Part shown: in pieces, positions 22,001-31,559 of the stretch
Layout of the letters: each line of letters starts with the position of its first letter
How positions within the stretch are numbered: position 1 is the stretch's first letter
NCBI RefSeq assembly: GCF_964355755.1
Contig: NC_092671.1
Span: forward strand, 25,804,070 to 25,868,069
Length of the DNA stretch: 64,000 bases
From: Antedon mediterranea
Lineage: Eukaryota; Animalia; Echinodermata
Reading direction: 5' to 3'
Notes under the pieces: generated by a model
Database searches by the model: none
Seen by the model: the letters and a program-made list of their open reading frames with translations, nothing else
What the model was told of the DNA's origin: nothing
Translations under genes and position numbers: made by a program

Positions 22001-24993
22001 CTCTATTTAAGAAGCAAACTTAAATAAGAATATGTTAAATAGTAAAAATTAGCCTATTGAGCACAATTATTTAAAAAAAGAATACAATGAGTCTTGAATA
22101 AAGAATAACTATTGAAAAAAATATCAACATTTACATTTGACTCACTCAAATAATTATACAAAAAAGGCAAGTGTGTCTGAAACCCCCTTTTCGAGACATT
22201 TGCTCTATTAAAAGGAACATAACAAGTGGACTTGACTCTAGTCTCCTCATGTCTGAGGACTTGCACACAATGAACTGTAACCTTTGGTCATAGCAAATCA
22301 AAAGCTCCTATAAACTTTTATGTAACTTACCGGCTTTCTCATTGCTTCTTTAAGCACTTTGATCGTTCCTTCCCAATCGTTCATCTTTGAATCCTCGCAC
22401 TGACGTAATGCTGTTCTATTTTCATTATTTACTGCAGTCTGTAAACAAACAGAACAAAAATGTTTTTCTACAGTAGTTTTTCAAAATATATCATAATGTT
22501 TCCAGTGAGTGAAATACACATTACAATTTGTAAAAAGTGTGTTGGTAATAAATCTACATACAAGGCTGCCATTATATTTTTGTTAGTCCACATACCAAAT
22601 CAATGTCTTTATGTGCAACAAGCACTTTGACAATATCGGTGAAACCTTTGTCAGCTGCAAAATGTAGAGGAGTTGATCCATCTTCATTCCTTTAAAAAGA
22701 GAAAATGTCATCAAATTTTGTGGAATATACAATCTTGATGCCTGCAGACAGAAGGCTTGAAAGAACACAGTTTTTGCAGAGTTAGAGACTACCTTTTTTA
22801 CTTTGTATAGTGGTGGCATTTTATGATAGAAAAAAAAATTTCTATTTCAGTAATCTTGTTTCAAAATGGGAATACACCATCAAAAGGAAAATTATTATCA
22901 CAAAGAATACAAAATAAAGGCAGAATTTTGCAATTCTAAAGTCTTTTGTTTTGTTTTATATATTTAGGCAAATTGCCAAGGATAATCATAAGCAAATTCA
23001 TTCTGTTTCATTCAAGACAAACATACACAAAAGATGCTGCACAATACAAAGTCTTATTACAAGTCTTTAGGACTGGAGTTGTAAATTGACAAGACAATTG
23101 ACAAGAGAACCCATGAACCTTGAATTGGTAGCCAAGTATCATAACCACCAAGCCACAACTCCACTCTACTTTTGATGAACTAAGCTTTTGAGAATAATGA
23201 AATATACAAGCTATATAACAAATAAAACCACCAAAATTGTAAATTTCTGACAATAGTATTAGTAGTGATAATAGATAATATTAATAGCAGTAACTTACTC
23301 TACATTCGGGGATGCTTTGCCAAAATGCAAAAGTGCTTTAACTGCCTCAGTATTGCCATAGAACACGGCGTAATGGATAGGTGCCCATGAGTGTTGGTTC
23401 GGTTGATCAGCATAGTATCCCATTGAAATAATCTGTTTTATAGCTTCTACATTCCCTTCAAAGGCGGCGCTGTGAAGTGGAAACTCATCCACCCAACTGG
23501 AAATAAAATTGACATATTTCATGTTTACAGATTGAGTTCTGGAACCAGACTATGAATACCAAAGATATCAAATTATTTCCTTTTTTAAAATGTAAAATAA
23601 AACGTACTATCCAAAATTGAGCGAGTTGACTGTAGAATGGTATACATTACTAATACTGTAGAGAAAAGACAAACACATACAGTATGAGACCAATACTGTA
23701 CAGCCATGTATGTTGCCGTATGTATCCTACTACACTGAAAGCCTAACAAAATTTACTCTCACAGTCTCATGTCTTGAGTGTGATGATATGGGTGGCTGCC
23801 ATGGACCATGGAGTAAAGAATTCCATGCATGGACAGAGTATCTGTCTTTTGTAAGATTCACTCACCTTTATTTTAATTTCAGTATATTACAAAAGTATTA
23901 TTGTTACAAATCATTTTAATAAAAAAACTCTTTCTTTACAACCAGAAATTGCTGTTGATATTTCTTTTCTTACAGTATTTCATATACTGTAGCAGTAACT
24001 GTAAATGTAGATACATGAATAAATAACCTACTTCCTAGACGGCAAGTCTGGAATGTCCAGCCTGGGAGGAGTAATTGCATTGTAGTCTGGAATTCCCATT
24101 CCAAAGAACGGATTCAATACAACTCCATCAACACTTATAAAATCATTCACTCTCTGTAAAAAATTGTAAAATTTATATAAAATATACTAGGGCCTATATA
24201 AATATCTACTATAATAATCGCCCTATCTTTTTCTATCCAGCTTTATTCAGAAACTAGTCACGGTCTTCAAACTTGGTGGGTACAGCTCAGTAAAAAGAAA
24301 GAACAAGTTATTAGGTCAAATGTAAAATCTAAACAATTACTCAGATCGATCAAGCTAAAACTTGGGGAAAGTATTAATAATGATAAGTATGAATCCGATA
24401 TCAAGGAGGGTGCCATCCAAAGTCATGCGATATAAACTTTACAAATTGCACCGATTGAGCTGAAACTTGGGTAAAATCTTTAAAATGTGGTGGGTAGGTG
24501 CAGTTCAGTATAAGAAAGAACAAGTTTCTTTTGTTAGGTCGTCAAGGTAAAATCTAAAAAATTGTGACCTACTAAGTTATAAAACAAATAATGAATGTTT
24601 TATATTTGTGAAATGGTACAAATAACTTCATTCGGTGAAAGATGAAAATTTTTTATATTTTCACCTCATGAAATTATTTTTACTGTTTCACATTATAAAC
24701 ATTTAATATTTGTATACATTACAACATTGGACTATACAATAAAGTACTATTCACTACTGATTTATAAACTAAAAAACTTACAGTGTCTTCAACAGGCAAG
24801 TCTGTTTCAAGTTGAAAGAACTCGTTTATTACTAAGTTGTCAACAAGATCCAATAGTTCCATTTTCTTGAGGGCATCTGCCGGAGTGTATGTGCTTCCTT
24901 GCGGAACCCTTGACACAAACGCTGGATTTGTCACATTGTTCTGCAGCCGTTCGTGAACTGAACGTGGTCTGTGCATTTTTAACAATTTCTTCT
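6931..24993 (-). CDS. KRIT1: KRIT1/CCM1 orthologue (NPxF motifs, ankyrin repeats, FERM); 14 coding exons, 580 aa from ATG at 24976
   Basis: Exons 24782-24993, 24032-24153, 23299-23496, 22596-22689, 22331-22438, 14972-15070, 14476-14539, 13932-14083, 13618-13734, 13173-13222, 8693-8828, 7905-8081, 7374-7499, 6931-7035. All are GT-AG with compatible phases; peptides are colinear with vertebrate KRIT1 as recalled (WVDDFPLH, WAPIHYA, LRRD, IVYG..KKHK.GFL, YG.AFF, TKQ). Confidence 0.93.
7374..7499 (-). CDS. KRIT1: KRIT1 exon (VLLSSCPY..SLIVKTKQ)
   Basis: TTTTAG / GTAAG, 42 codons, FERM F3. Confidence 0.9.
7905..8081 (-). CDS. KRIT1: KRIT1 exon (KLQLMYLEKC..YGSAFF..GIHVINAISK)
   Basis: TTTTGCAG / GTTTGT, 59 codons, FERM F2/F3 YG.AFF motif. 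Confidence 0.92.
8693..8828 (-). CDS. KRIT1: KRIT1 exon (NINLRHFIPGVKL..WAQRISTEHKN..)
   Basis: TTCCTCAG / GTGAG, phase 2 to 0, FERM F2. Confidence 0.9.
9650..10320. repeat. 75-bp tandem repeat in left arm of Academ element
   Basis: ATTACCTGCCATCAATATGATGGATTATGATTATAG..GAACACGTAAGCTACATTTG recurring at 75-83 bp spacing. Confidence 0.9.
10340..11445 (-). pseudogene. AcademX protein remnant (XPG/FEN1-like nuclease + C-terminal Cys8 finger), frameshifted
   Basis: VVVASRDTDV, ALIPFHTISGCDTTS, ALPPTSDAVHQHIKRAHFQ..W, CGCKT..KCRCKKSKLPCTALCRC. Confidence 0.82.
11822..12240. repeat. Inverted copy of the 75-bp tandem repeat in right arm (fewer units)
   Basis: ATCATAATCCATCATATTGATGGCAGGTAATT units, reverse complement of 9650-10320. 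Confidence 0.9.
13173..13222 (-). CDS. KRIT1: KRIT1 exon (IVYGDHDPKKHKVGFL)
   Basis: TTTCAG / GTAAG, 50 bp. Confidence 0.92.
13618..13734 (-). CDS. KRIT1: KRIT1 exon (IKDPQAIKMLFDE..LLAGIYMQ)
   Basis: GACAG / GTATAG, 39 codons, FERM F2. Confidence 0.92.
13932..14083 (-). CDS. KRIT1: KRIT1 exon (LQMRPEHKP..LYLRRDALL..)
   Basis: ATAG / GTAAG, phase 1 to 0, FERM F1. Confidence 0.92.
14282..14411. repeat. Short degenerate ~21-bp tandem repeat (TTTACCTGACTGACTAACTGG)
   Basis: About 6 imperfect units in a KRIT1 intron. Confidence 0.75.
14476..14539 (-). CDS. KRIT1: KRIT1 exon (QLELPKGCHHVFAIWIASQSL)
   Basis: TTTTCAG / GTAAG, 64 bp; F.IWI.S..L motif. Confidence 0.9.
14972..15070 (-). CDS. KRIT1: KRIT1 exon (PIKVDVHLMDLDGS..NTSVAQLLK)
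   Basis: TTCACAG / GTGAG, 33 codons, start of FERM F1. Confidence 0.9.
15106..16098. repeat. 22-bp minisatellite (CTCTGTACATTTGACCTACTCC), ~45 units
   Basis: Direct periodicity of 22; more diverged at the left end, homogeneous at the right end. Confidence 0.97.
16201..21875. repeat. 45-bp minisatellite, 126 units, with higher-order duplications
   Basis: Unit ACCAACACATATTGTGTCATT(G/A)(G/T)CCA(G/T)CTCCTG(G/A)ACCTAGAATCA, no indels over 5.67 kb; lies in KRIT1 intron 15071-22330. Confidence 0.99.
22331..22438 (-). CDS. KRIT1: KRIT1 exon (TAVNNENRTALRQCE..LKEAMRKP)
   Basis: TTTACAG / GTAAG, 36 codons, last ankyrin repeat. Confidence 0.92.
22596..22689 (-). CDS. KRIT1: KRIT1 exon (NEDGSTPLHFAADKG..)
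   Basis: AAG acceptor / GTATG donor, phase 2 to 0; canonical ankyrin TPLH.AA..G. Confidence 0.9.
23110..23165 (-). mobile_element. Degenerate tRNA-derived SINE head
   Basis: Minus strand TGGCTTGGTGGTTA (A-box-like) ..CTACCAATTCAAGGTTCATGGGTTC (B-box-like); no full cloverleaf. Confidence 0.35.
23299..23496 (-). CDS. KRIT1: KRIT1 exon (WVDEFPLHSAAFEG..WAPIHYA..SPNV)
   Basis: TTTCCAG / GTAAG, ankyrin repeats 1-2. Confidence 0.95.
24032..24153 (-). CDS. KRIT1: KRIT1 exon (RVNDFISVDGVVLNPFFGMGIPDY..)
   Basis: TTTACAG / GTAGGT; third NPxF motif (vertebrate VVINPYFGLGAPDY). Confidence 0.9.
24588..24712. repeat. Imperfect palindromic non-autonomous element
   Basis: AATGTT..TGTGAAA..AAATAACTTCAT..GGTGAAA is mirrored by TTTCACC..ATGAAATTATTT..TTTCACA..AACATT. 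Confidence 0.55.
24782..24993 (-). CDS. KRIT1: KRIT1 most upstream recognisable coding exon (MHRPRSVHERLQNNVTNPAF..)
   Basis: TTTTAG / GTAAG; aligns by eye to vertebrate RPSPLERIKTNVINPAY; ATG at 24976. Confidence 0.85.
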
Positions 24994-26833
24994 CTAAAAT
25001 ATTGCTTTAACAACTTTTGTGGTATTTACTGGATACATACAAGGTGTTCCAAGTTTACATTAAGAAGTTACCGTCTTTAATTTATTTTTTGTTTATAACT
25101 GCTTCATCCAATTTAAAAAAAATGTAATGTTGTCTCTCTTTCCTCAAGTGCTCTAAAAATATCTTTGCTTTGAACTGTCTTAGTTCAGGAGTTTATTCCT
25201 GTATAATCCTAATGGTTTAATACAGTATCAAATCTGCCTTTTTATGCCTAGTGTTGGTGTTTGGCCTCGAGTCAATGATCCTTTACAATTAACACACAAT
25301 GATGGGCGAAATTATTACATTTACAAAGTTGGCCTCTGTTTACATTGTGTTCCAGTTTTTTCCACATGAACGAGCAATGGGTGTGTCCAATCTTCTAGCA
25401 GGAAATTTCAATCGAAGTTGAGAAGGGTAATTGGCTATTGACCGCGGCGAGTTATCTGCAAGAGAACGTAGCAAATTAGGGTACACTAATGATTATTATT
25501 TTTAACTAAAAAGTGCATTGTGTGTGTTTGTAGGAGAATAACCTGTGACTCACACCCTATTGGGCTGAATTGCACACAGCTTTGGATAACACAGACTTTT
25601 ATCTCCCTTTGCGTGTAGTACAGTACAGCTGCCATCAAATGGAGGTAATTCATCTGTCCACAGCTGCGAGAGACAAAACACCTCCGGCAACCCTCTACTC
25701 TTCCAAAGATGGCCTGGGTTGGTACACACGAGCCAATCATAACAAAATATTGTCCCTATTTCTGATAGTTTTAATACTAAATATTTAGGTCCTGGGTTTT
25801 AAAAGTTTATTAATTGGAAAAAAAATGTCTAGCATATTCTATTCCAACTACTGCCACGTGTAAAAATGTTAAATAAGCAAATACCTAGTAATTTTAATTC
25901 ATAATTTTACAAAAGAAATGAAAGTAATGTTTGTATTGAAGTGTGTCTCCTTTAGTTAGATTCCAAATAAAGCCACAAAACAACACAAACCTATACAATG
26001 AAACGCACCATGCATTCAGGGAGTTTCAGCAACGCCTATATTTGTATAACCAATTTGAAAAGAATAATTTGAATAGGTTTCACTGAATAGGTATTATTAC
26101 TAAGTATTAAATTTAACCTTCAGACTGCATACTGAGCTTATAGGAGTTTAACTGATGTTGACACTGACAGGTGAGCTAGGGGATAAAGCCAATAGACCTA
26201 CGTTTTTTGACCCACTACAATTTATGTACTGTAAAAATAAATACTTTATGGACCTATTGCGATCATTTTTCCTCTTTAAACCGTTAAAAATGGGACAAAT
26301 TAATCAATTCTAATAAATTAAGAGGCCCACTATGTAAATTCCAGAATGCATCGCGTGCGGATTGATATTTTCATATTGTGATTTGGAGCACCCACTTTAG
26401 ATAGATCGTGAAAGAGTAAACAAATAAATAAACCAAAAGAAAATTTAGGCAAAAAAACCAGATCTTTCTTAATTTGTATTAACAGATTCTGCCATAAATG
26501 TAATCTACAGTAATCTAGGAACTGCTTAGGCGAATGCCGAAGTGAATATATAATTTGCGCTGATCCAACGGCTAAATCAAGAAAAATTCAGCGCAACCTT
26601 GGCTTTCTCCGATTATAACGCACACAACAAAGAAATGTGATATACAGTACACTAGAGCAAATTGTGTCCATTATGCATGTAAAGTATAGGAGGAACTAGT
26701 AGTATTATAAAGTTTGATTGATTTTGGAAAGAAACATCCCATTGTTACGTCTTTAATTAAGAATTGCAATTGTAATATTTTTTAACTCATAATAAATGCT
26801 TTGCTGACTAAACAAAATAATTTACAATATTAA

Positions 26834-27229
26834 AGATGTATTGTCCCTTTGACTAATTCCATAAAATAAAATATTTCGAAAAAAGTGGGTCATTTTGAAG
26901 TATCATAATAGTTATTATTAACATTTTAACAAAAAATTAGTCGAAAAAAGATTTTTTTTGTTCAAAAAATAACTTTGACTTCCAGTTTTTGATCAAAACA
27001 TATCTCATAATGCAACATGCTTGTTTGGCTACTCTGTATGCATAATCATAAAACTTCCTCGCGATCTGTGTGGAAACACCTTCTCAACCGTGACGAGTTG
27101 TAAATAATCCTAATTAGCATCATGCATACTCATGGTTTGAAATCTTTGTTTACTTTCGCTCGCGATGATTTTCCAGACGAAATGTTATCAAATTAATTTA
27201 ATTTATGATTTTCAAGGGACAATACATCT
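26834..27229. mobile_element. MITE with TTAA target duplication (Kolobok-like)
   Basis: TTAA|AGATGTATTGTCCCT ... AGGGACAATACATCT|TTAA. Confidence 0.8.
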
Positions 27230-27416
27230 TTAAATAATAAATGAAAACTATCACAAAAAAAAACTAGATTTAAACTCGTCACTGTGCCGGGTTAGGCTAT
27301 GGTAACGCATCGTAACACGCACATGTTACTTATTATGCTTAGTCTAAAATAGGCTGCACTACAACGATTGTAACGAACAGATGGAATATATCAAAATCAG
27401 TTTAGTTGACGGTTAT

Positions 27417-29248
27417 TGCATGCTAGAGCGGGATATACATTTTTCGTTTATATAGATTTAATTGATATTTTTTAGGAACTAGATTATTTATGTGGATATT
27501 TTTTACTTGGTAATATTTATTATCAATCATTCAATTAATTTTTTTTTGTATTTCACAGGTCTCGGAGAAGGACTGTGTCTTTTCAAAATTGCCATTTCTA
27601 AATTCTAAACACGTTTAAATATTATATTAGGCATAATGTTATATTAGGCATATAATAATTTACCTCTATTTATATGTACTGTAATTAATATATTATATAG
27701 AGAATATACGTCTGTCGTGTCTTTTATTATGCAAACAATTACGTATGGTTTTAGGATATTAATAAAATATATAGATAATATGCCGTTATAAATCAATCTA
27801 CCGGCCTACAGTAGGACTATGATGTACAATGATAGATAAAGGTGAACACGATTCTCAAAGAGGTAATCTGCACTGATATTTAAACATTTAGGCCTAGATT
27901 TACTAAACGGCGTATGAATGCGAGACACTGAGTTGCACTTACTTAATTATTATTAAATGATTATTATAAATGAAGAAATAAAAGATATTCAAATTAAAAT
28001 CTATAGTATCGCCGACGTATTTACGTAAATTATATATAAATCATACTGTCAAATTATAGAAACAGTACTTTTTTCGGAATTATTATGGATATATAGCAAG
28101 CCTGTTAGCTACAGCGACTTTAATTGATTTTGCTTATTCTTGCCTCCTTAGATTTCCACGTGTCTTGATTTTGTTACCTATGTTTTAAATGTATTTCGAT
28201 TTTAAAGGCTAATAATGAATGAATGAACATAATCTCATAATCGCGTCGAGCATCTATAGCTCATTGAATCGTTTCACAAAAACACGTGCAGGAGGCCTAT
28301 AGACGTTTCAAACGTATGGTTATTAGTAATAGACGTCATCTTTATCTCGCCATGGACAACGATCGTACGTGTTTTGTCCATGAGTTGACACACTAACAAG
28401 TGCGTGTTTTTTAAAAAGGGGAAACCCCGTCAGCAAAATAACGTATTGTTAGAGGAAACAGCTTCACTATCATAGAAGGCGCATCTCCGTCGATATGGCT
28501 TATTCGGGGGTTTATTTCAGTAACTCGCCTTTTAACCATCCGCATATAATGATCATTTTACTAAAAACTATTTTAAACATTAGAAATAAAAATATACACG
28601 TGATTTGCCTCAACAATAATTATTATATACTTAATATTATCCTACATAACGGATAGAAATAAAAATAAGGTGATCGAATAGTATGTTGTTAACGACATGG
28701 ATATGATATAATCTGCCACATATATGCATAAGTATAAAAATGGATACGCTGGCTTTACGGGCTATATTGTAACAATTATTGTTTTAAAATAAATTGTTCT
28801 CTTTTACGTAATTGTTTGCATAATAAAAGACATGACAGACGTATATTCTCTATATAATATATATTAATTACAGTACATATAAATAGAGGTATTTTATTTT
28901 TATTTTTATTTCTTTATTCTGATATAAAATCAATAGGATAAAAACACAAAAAAGTACCGAGACGGCAAACTTATTTCCATTGTGGTCCTAAATTTCCATT
29001 GTGGTCCTAGGTAAATTATTATATGCCTAATATAACATTATGCCTAATATAATATTTAAACGTGTTTAGAAATGGCCATTTTGAAAAGACACAGTCCTTC
29101 TCCAAGACCTGTGAAATACAAAAAAAAAATTAATTTAATGATTGATAATAAATATTTATAAGTAAAAAATATCCACATAAATAATCTAGTTCCTAAAAAA
29201 TATCAATTAACTATATAAACGAAAAATGTATATCCCGCTCAGCATGCA
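27417..29248. mobile_element. Non-autonomous element with ~330-bp inverted repeats
   Basis: 27417-27745 is the reverse complement of 28805-29248; the right arm carries a ~120-bp insertion flanked by AGGTA. Confidence 0.75.
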
Positions 29249-29271
29249 TCCCGCTCGATCCATACAAAATA

Positions 29272-29400
29272 GCGCGACCGATTTCAAACGCGACAGGTAC
29301 AGCTCTAGCGGCGCGCCATACAAAATACCGGAAGTTGATTTTATCGCGACCGATTTCAAACGCGACCGATTTCAAGCGCGACCGATTTCATCTGACACCG
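29272..29400. repeat. GCGACCGATTTCAA short tandem repeats ending TGACACC (probable DNA-transposon terminus)
   Basis: Four copies of CGCGACCGATTTCA; the same architecture (short repeats + TGACACC) occurs at 62950-62993. Confidence 0.55.
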
Positions 29401-29948
29401 TCAAAACGGCTACTACTTTACAATAATACTAATAATAGTAATATTTAGTATTACTAATCAATCGGCTGTTACTCTTTATATAGCACTGAATTATTATATA
29501 TTGTATAGATCCACCTACTATATCGGTTTGGAAATCTGACCACTAAAACATAAATGTTTAGTTAGGCATAGAAAAACGTTGCATTTCCAAACAATTCCCC
29601 AATTTCCAGGCATTCACAAGCTCAGGTTTGCCGTCAATAGATCGCAATTAACGTTAGCCTAGCGTTTAAAATGGGTGGAGTACCTAAGTTTTGCTTTTTA
29701 TTAATTGATTTAACAAATAAATTTTACACAGAATTGAAAATTTAATAATTAGTAGGGCATACAATATAATATTGAATAAAAATATTAAGATTCTTACACT
29801 TTAATCAAGCTCCATCTTCTTGAATAACTAGGGCCTAGGAGTCTCATGAGTAGTCGATCTCAAAGATAGTGTGCTCAGCTAGCTACTGCTGCTCTCAAAA
29901 ACAAAACATTACTATTTTTTATAGAGGGCAGTATGCAGTAAACTGAAC

Positions 29949-30747
29949 CAGAGCCATATATATAGAGGAGAGTTACGACATTGGATTATAGTCACGTGAT
30001 ATGCAGATCAATTTGTGTCCAACTTGTCTCCGTTAATGCATGTAAAGTATAGGAGCAAGAAAATACTTTAAACTTTTTCTTATATTTAAAAAATGTAATT
30101 GCACATTTTATGGTGAAATATCGATGTGCACAGTGTACAGAAGTACTTGCGGCAAAGAATATTGCGCGCGCGTGCGCTAGTACATTATAAAGTTCGATTG
30201 ATTGATTTAATTCTGGAACGAAACATCCCATAATAACTACGTCCTATTAATAACAATTATGTAATATTTTCAATTCATAATGCATGCTTTGATGACTAAA
30301 TAAAATAATAAAGTGTCGTGGATATATTTGTTAATATATTGAACAGGGTATGAACAATATTAAAATAATAAAGGCAAATTATTACAAATGAAATGATGAA
30401 CGTCGAGTCTCTGAAAGTTTGTGTCAAAAAATACACAGAGAGTCATATACTGTATAAAAAGAGGGGTGAATTTGTGTGTGATGTATCCTGACTTGCATGT
30501 AGGCCCTAGCATTTATTCTTCTGTTATTATAGACACAATATGTATATGTTACCAAATTAATACCATTATTAATTACTAAAATAAAAATGGAATATAAGCG
30601 TTATTTCATAGACAAAAAAATCTAAAAATAATGCATGAATTACAGGAAAACGCTATACAAAATAGATGCGCGCGCCTTCAGCGTGCGAATTCTTTGACAC
30701 AAAAATGGCTTCTAATTTTCAATGTCGTAACTCTTTATATGGCTCTG
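29949..30747. mobile_element. hAT-type MITE
   Basis: CAGAGCCATATA...TATATGGCTCTG TIRs with perfect 8-bp TSD AACTGAAC (29941-29948, 30748-30755). Confidence 0.88.
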
Positions 30748-30760
30748 AACTGAACTGTCA

Positions 30761-31275
30761 GAGAGCCATATTGTTAAAGCCATTGTGTCCAACTATTCCT
30801 ATGTAGTATGGAGTTGAATCTTTTGTTTTTAAAATGTATAACGTTCTAAGGGCTTTAACTATCCAATTTAATATAAAAACAATCAATTTGTTTAAAGCTT
30901 TTTTTTTAAATAATAATAAAATTATAAAGTTACTGCGAACATGATTTGAAACAACAAAAATAGCAATTGCGTGCGCGTTTAGTTTGTAGGCCTACAGCGA
31001 TTCTCTATAGTTAATGCATTGTTTTTACTGTTGTTTAAAATCATGTTCGCAGTAACTTTATGATTTCGTTATTATCTTAACAAAAACCTTTAAACAAATC
31101 GATTGTTTTGATATTATATATATATATATTCGATATTTAAAGCCTTGTGAAGGTTATACATTTTTAAAGCAAATTACTCGACTCCATAGGCCTACTCTAC
31201 ATAAGCATAGTTGGACACAAAGATAGCCGATGTGCACCCCACGCGATTTTCTAGGATCCGCAATATATGGCTCTG
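30761..31275. mobile_element. Second hAT-type MITE of the same TIR family containing a ~440-bp internal palindrome
   Basis: AGAGCCATAT...ATATGGCTCTG; internal TTGTGTCCAACTA (30784)...TAGTTGGACACAA (31220) arms; TSD not clear. Confidence 0.6.
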
Positions 31276-31559
31276 AACAGTTGCAGAGCCATAGGCCTAA
31301 AATTATATGGATCTGAACACGAATTAATCGTGTAGTATTATCTTTGAATTAATTACCTCATGAAAACTTACCCCAGTCTAGATTAGCGAGTAACAAACCA
31401 CTCAATCAAATCTAAATCTGGGAGTAGTTGTCTTTGACCTTGATATAGTAATAATTGCCCTGAGCTAGTTGTCTGGGAAGGCTATAAATGGCAAATTTTA
31501 AATGACAACTGAAAATAGTGTCTTTATATTCTGCATTATAATTTGCAACATTTAGGCAG

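Noticed and set aside
16212-22010. Many (CHWPAPGPRINQHIL)n and (LDLESTNTYCVI..)n ORFs as genes
   Set aside because: Frame read-outs of the 45-bp unit; the CHWP frame is broken whenever the TAG variant occurs, and they are antisense within a KRIT1 intron.
23757-23841. Extra KRIT1 exon (YSVHAWNSLLHGPWQPP..)
   Set aside because: Open and AG/GT-bounded, but it ends in phase 0 while the next exon needs phase 2; flanking exons join in frame without it. RNA-seq is needed to exclude a multi-microexon path.
25486-25788. Upstream ORFs as KRIT1 N-terminus
   Set aside because: No resemblance to KRIT1 Nudix sequence and no convincing phase-1 donor.
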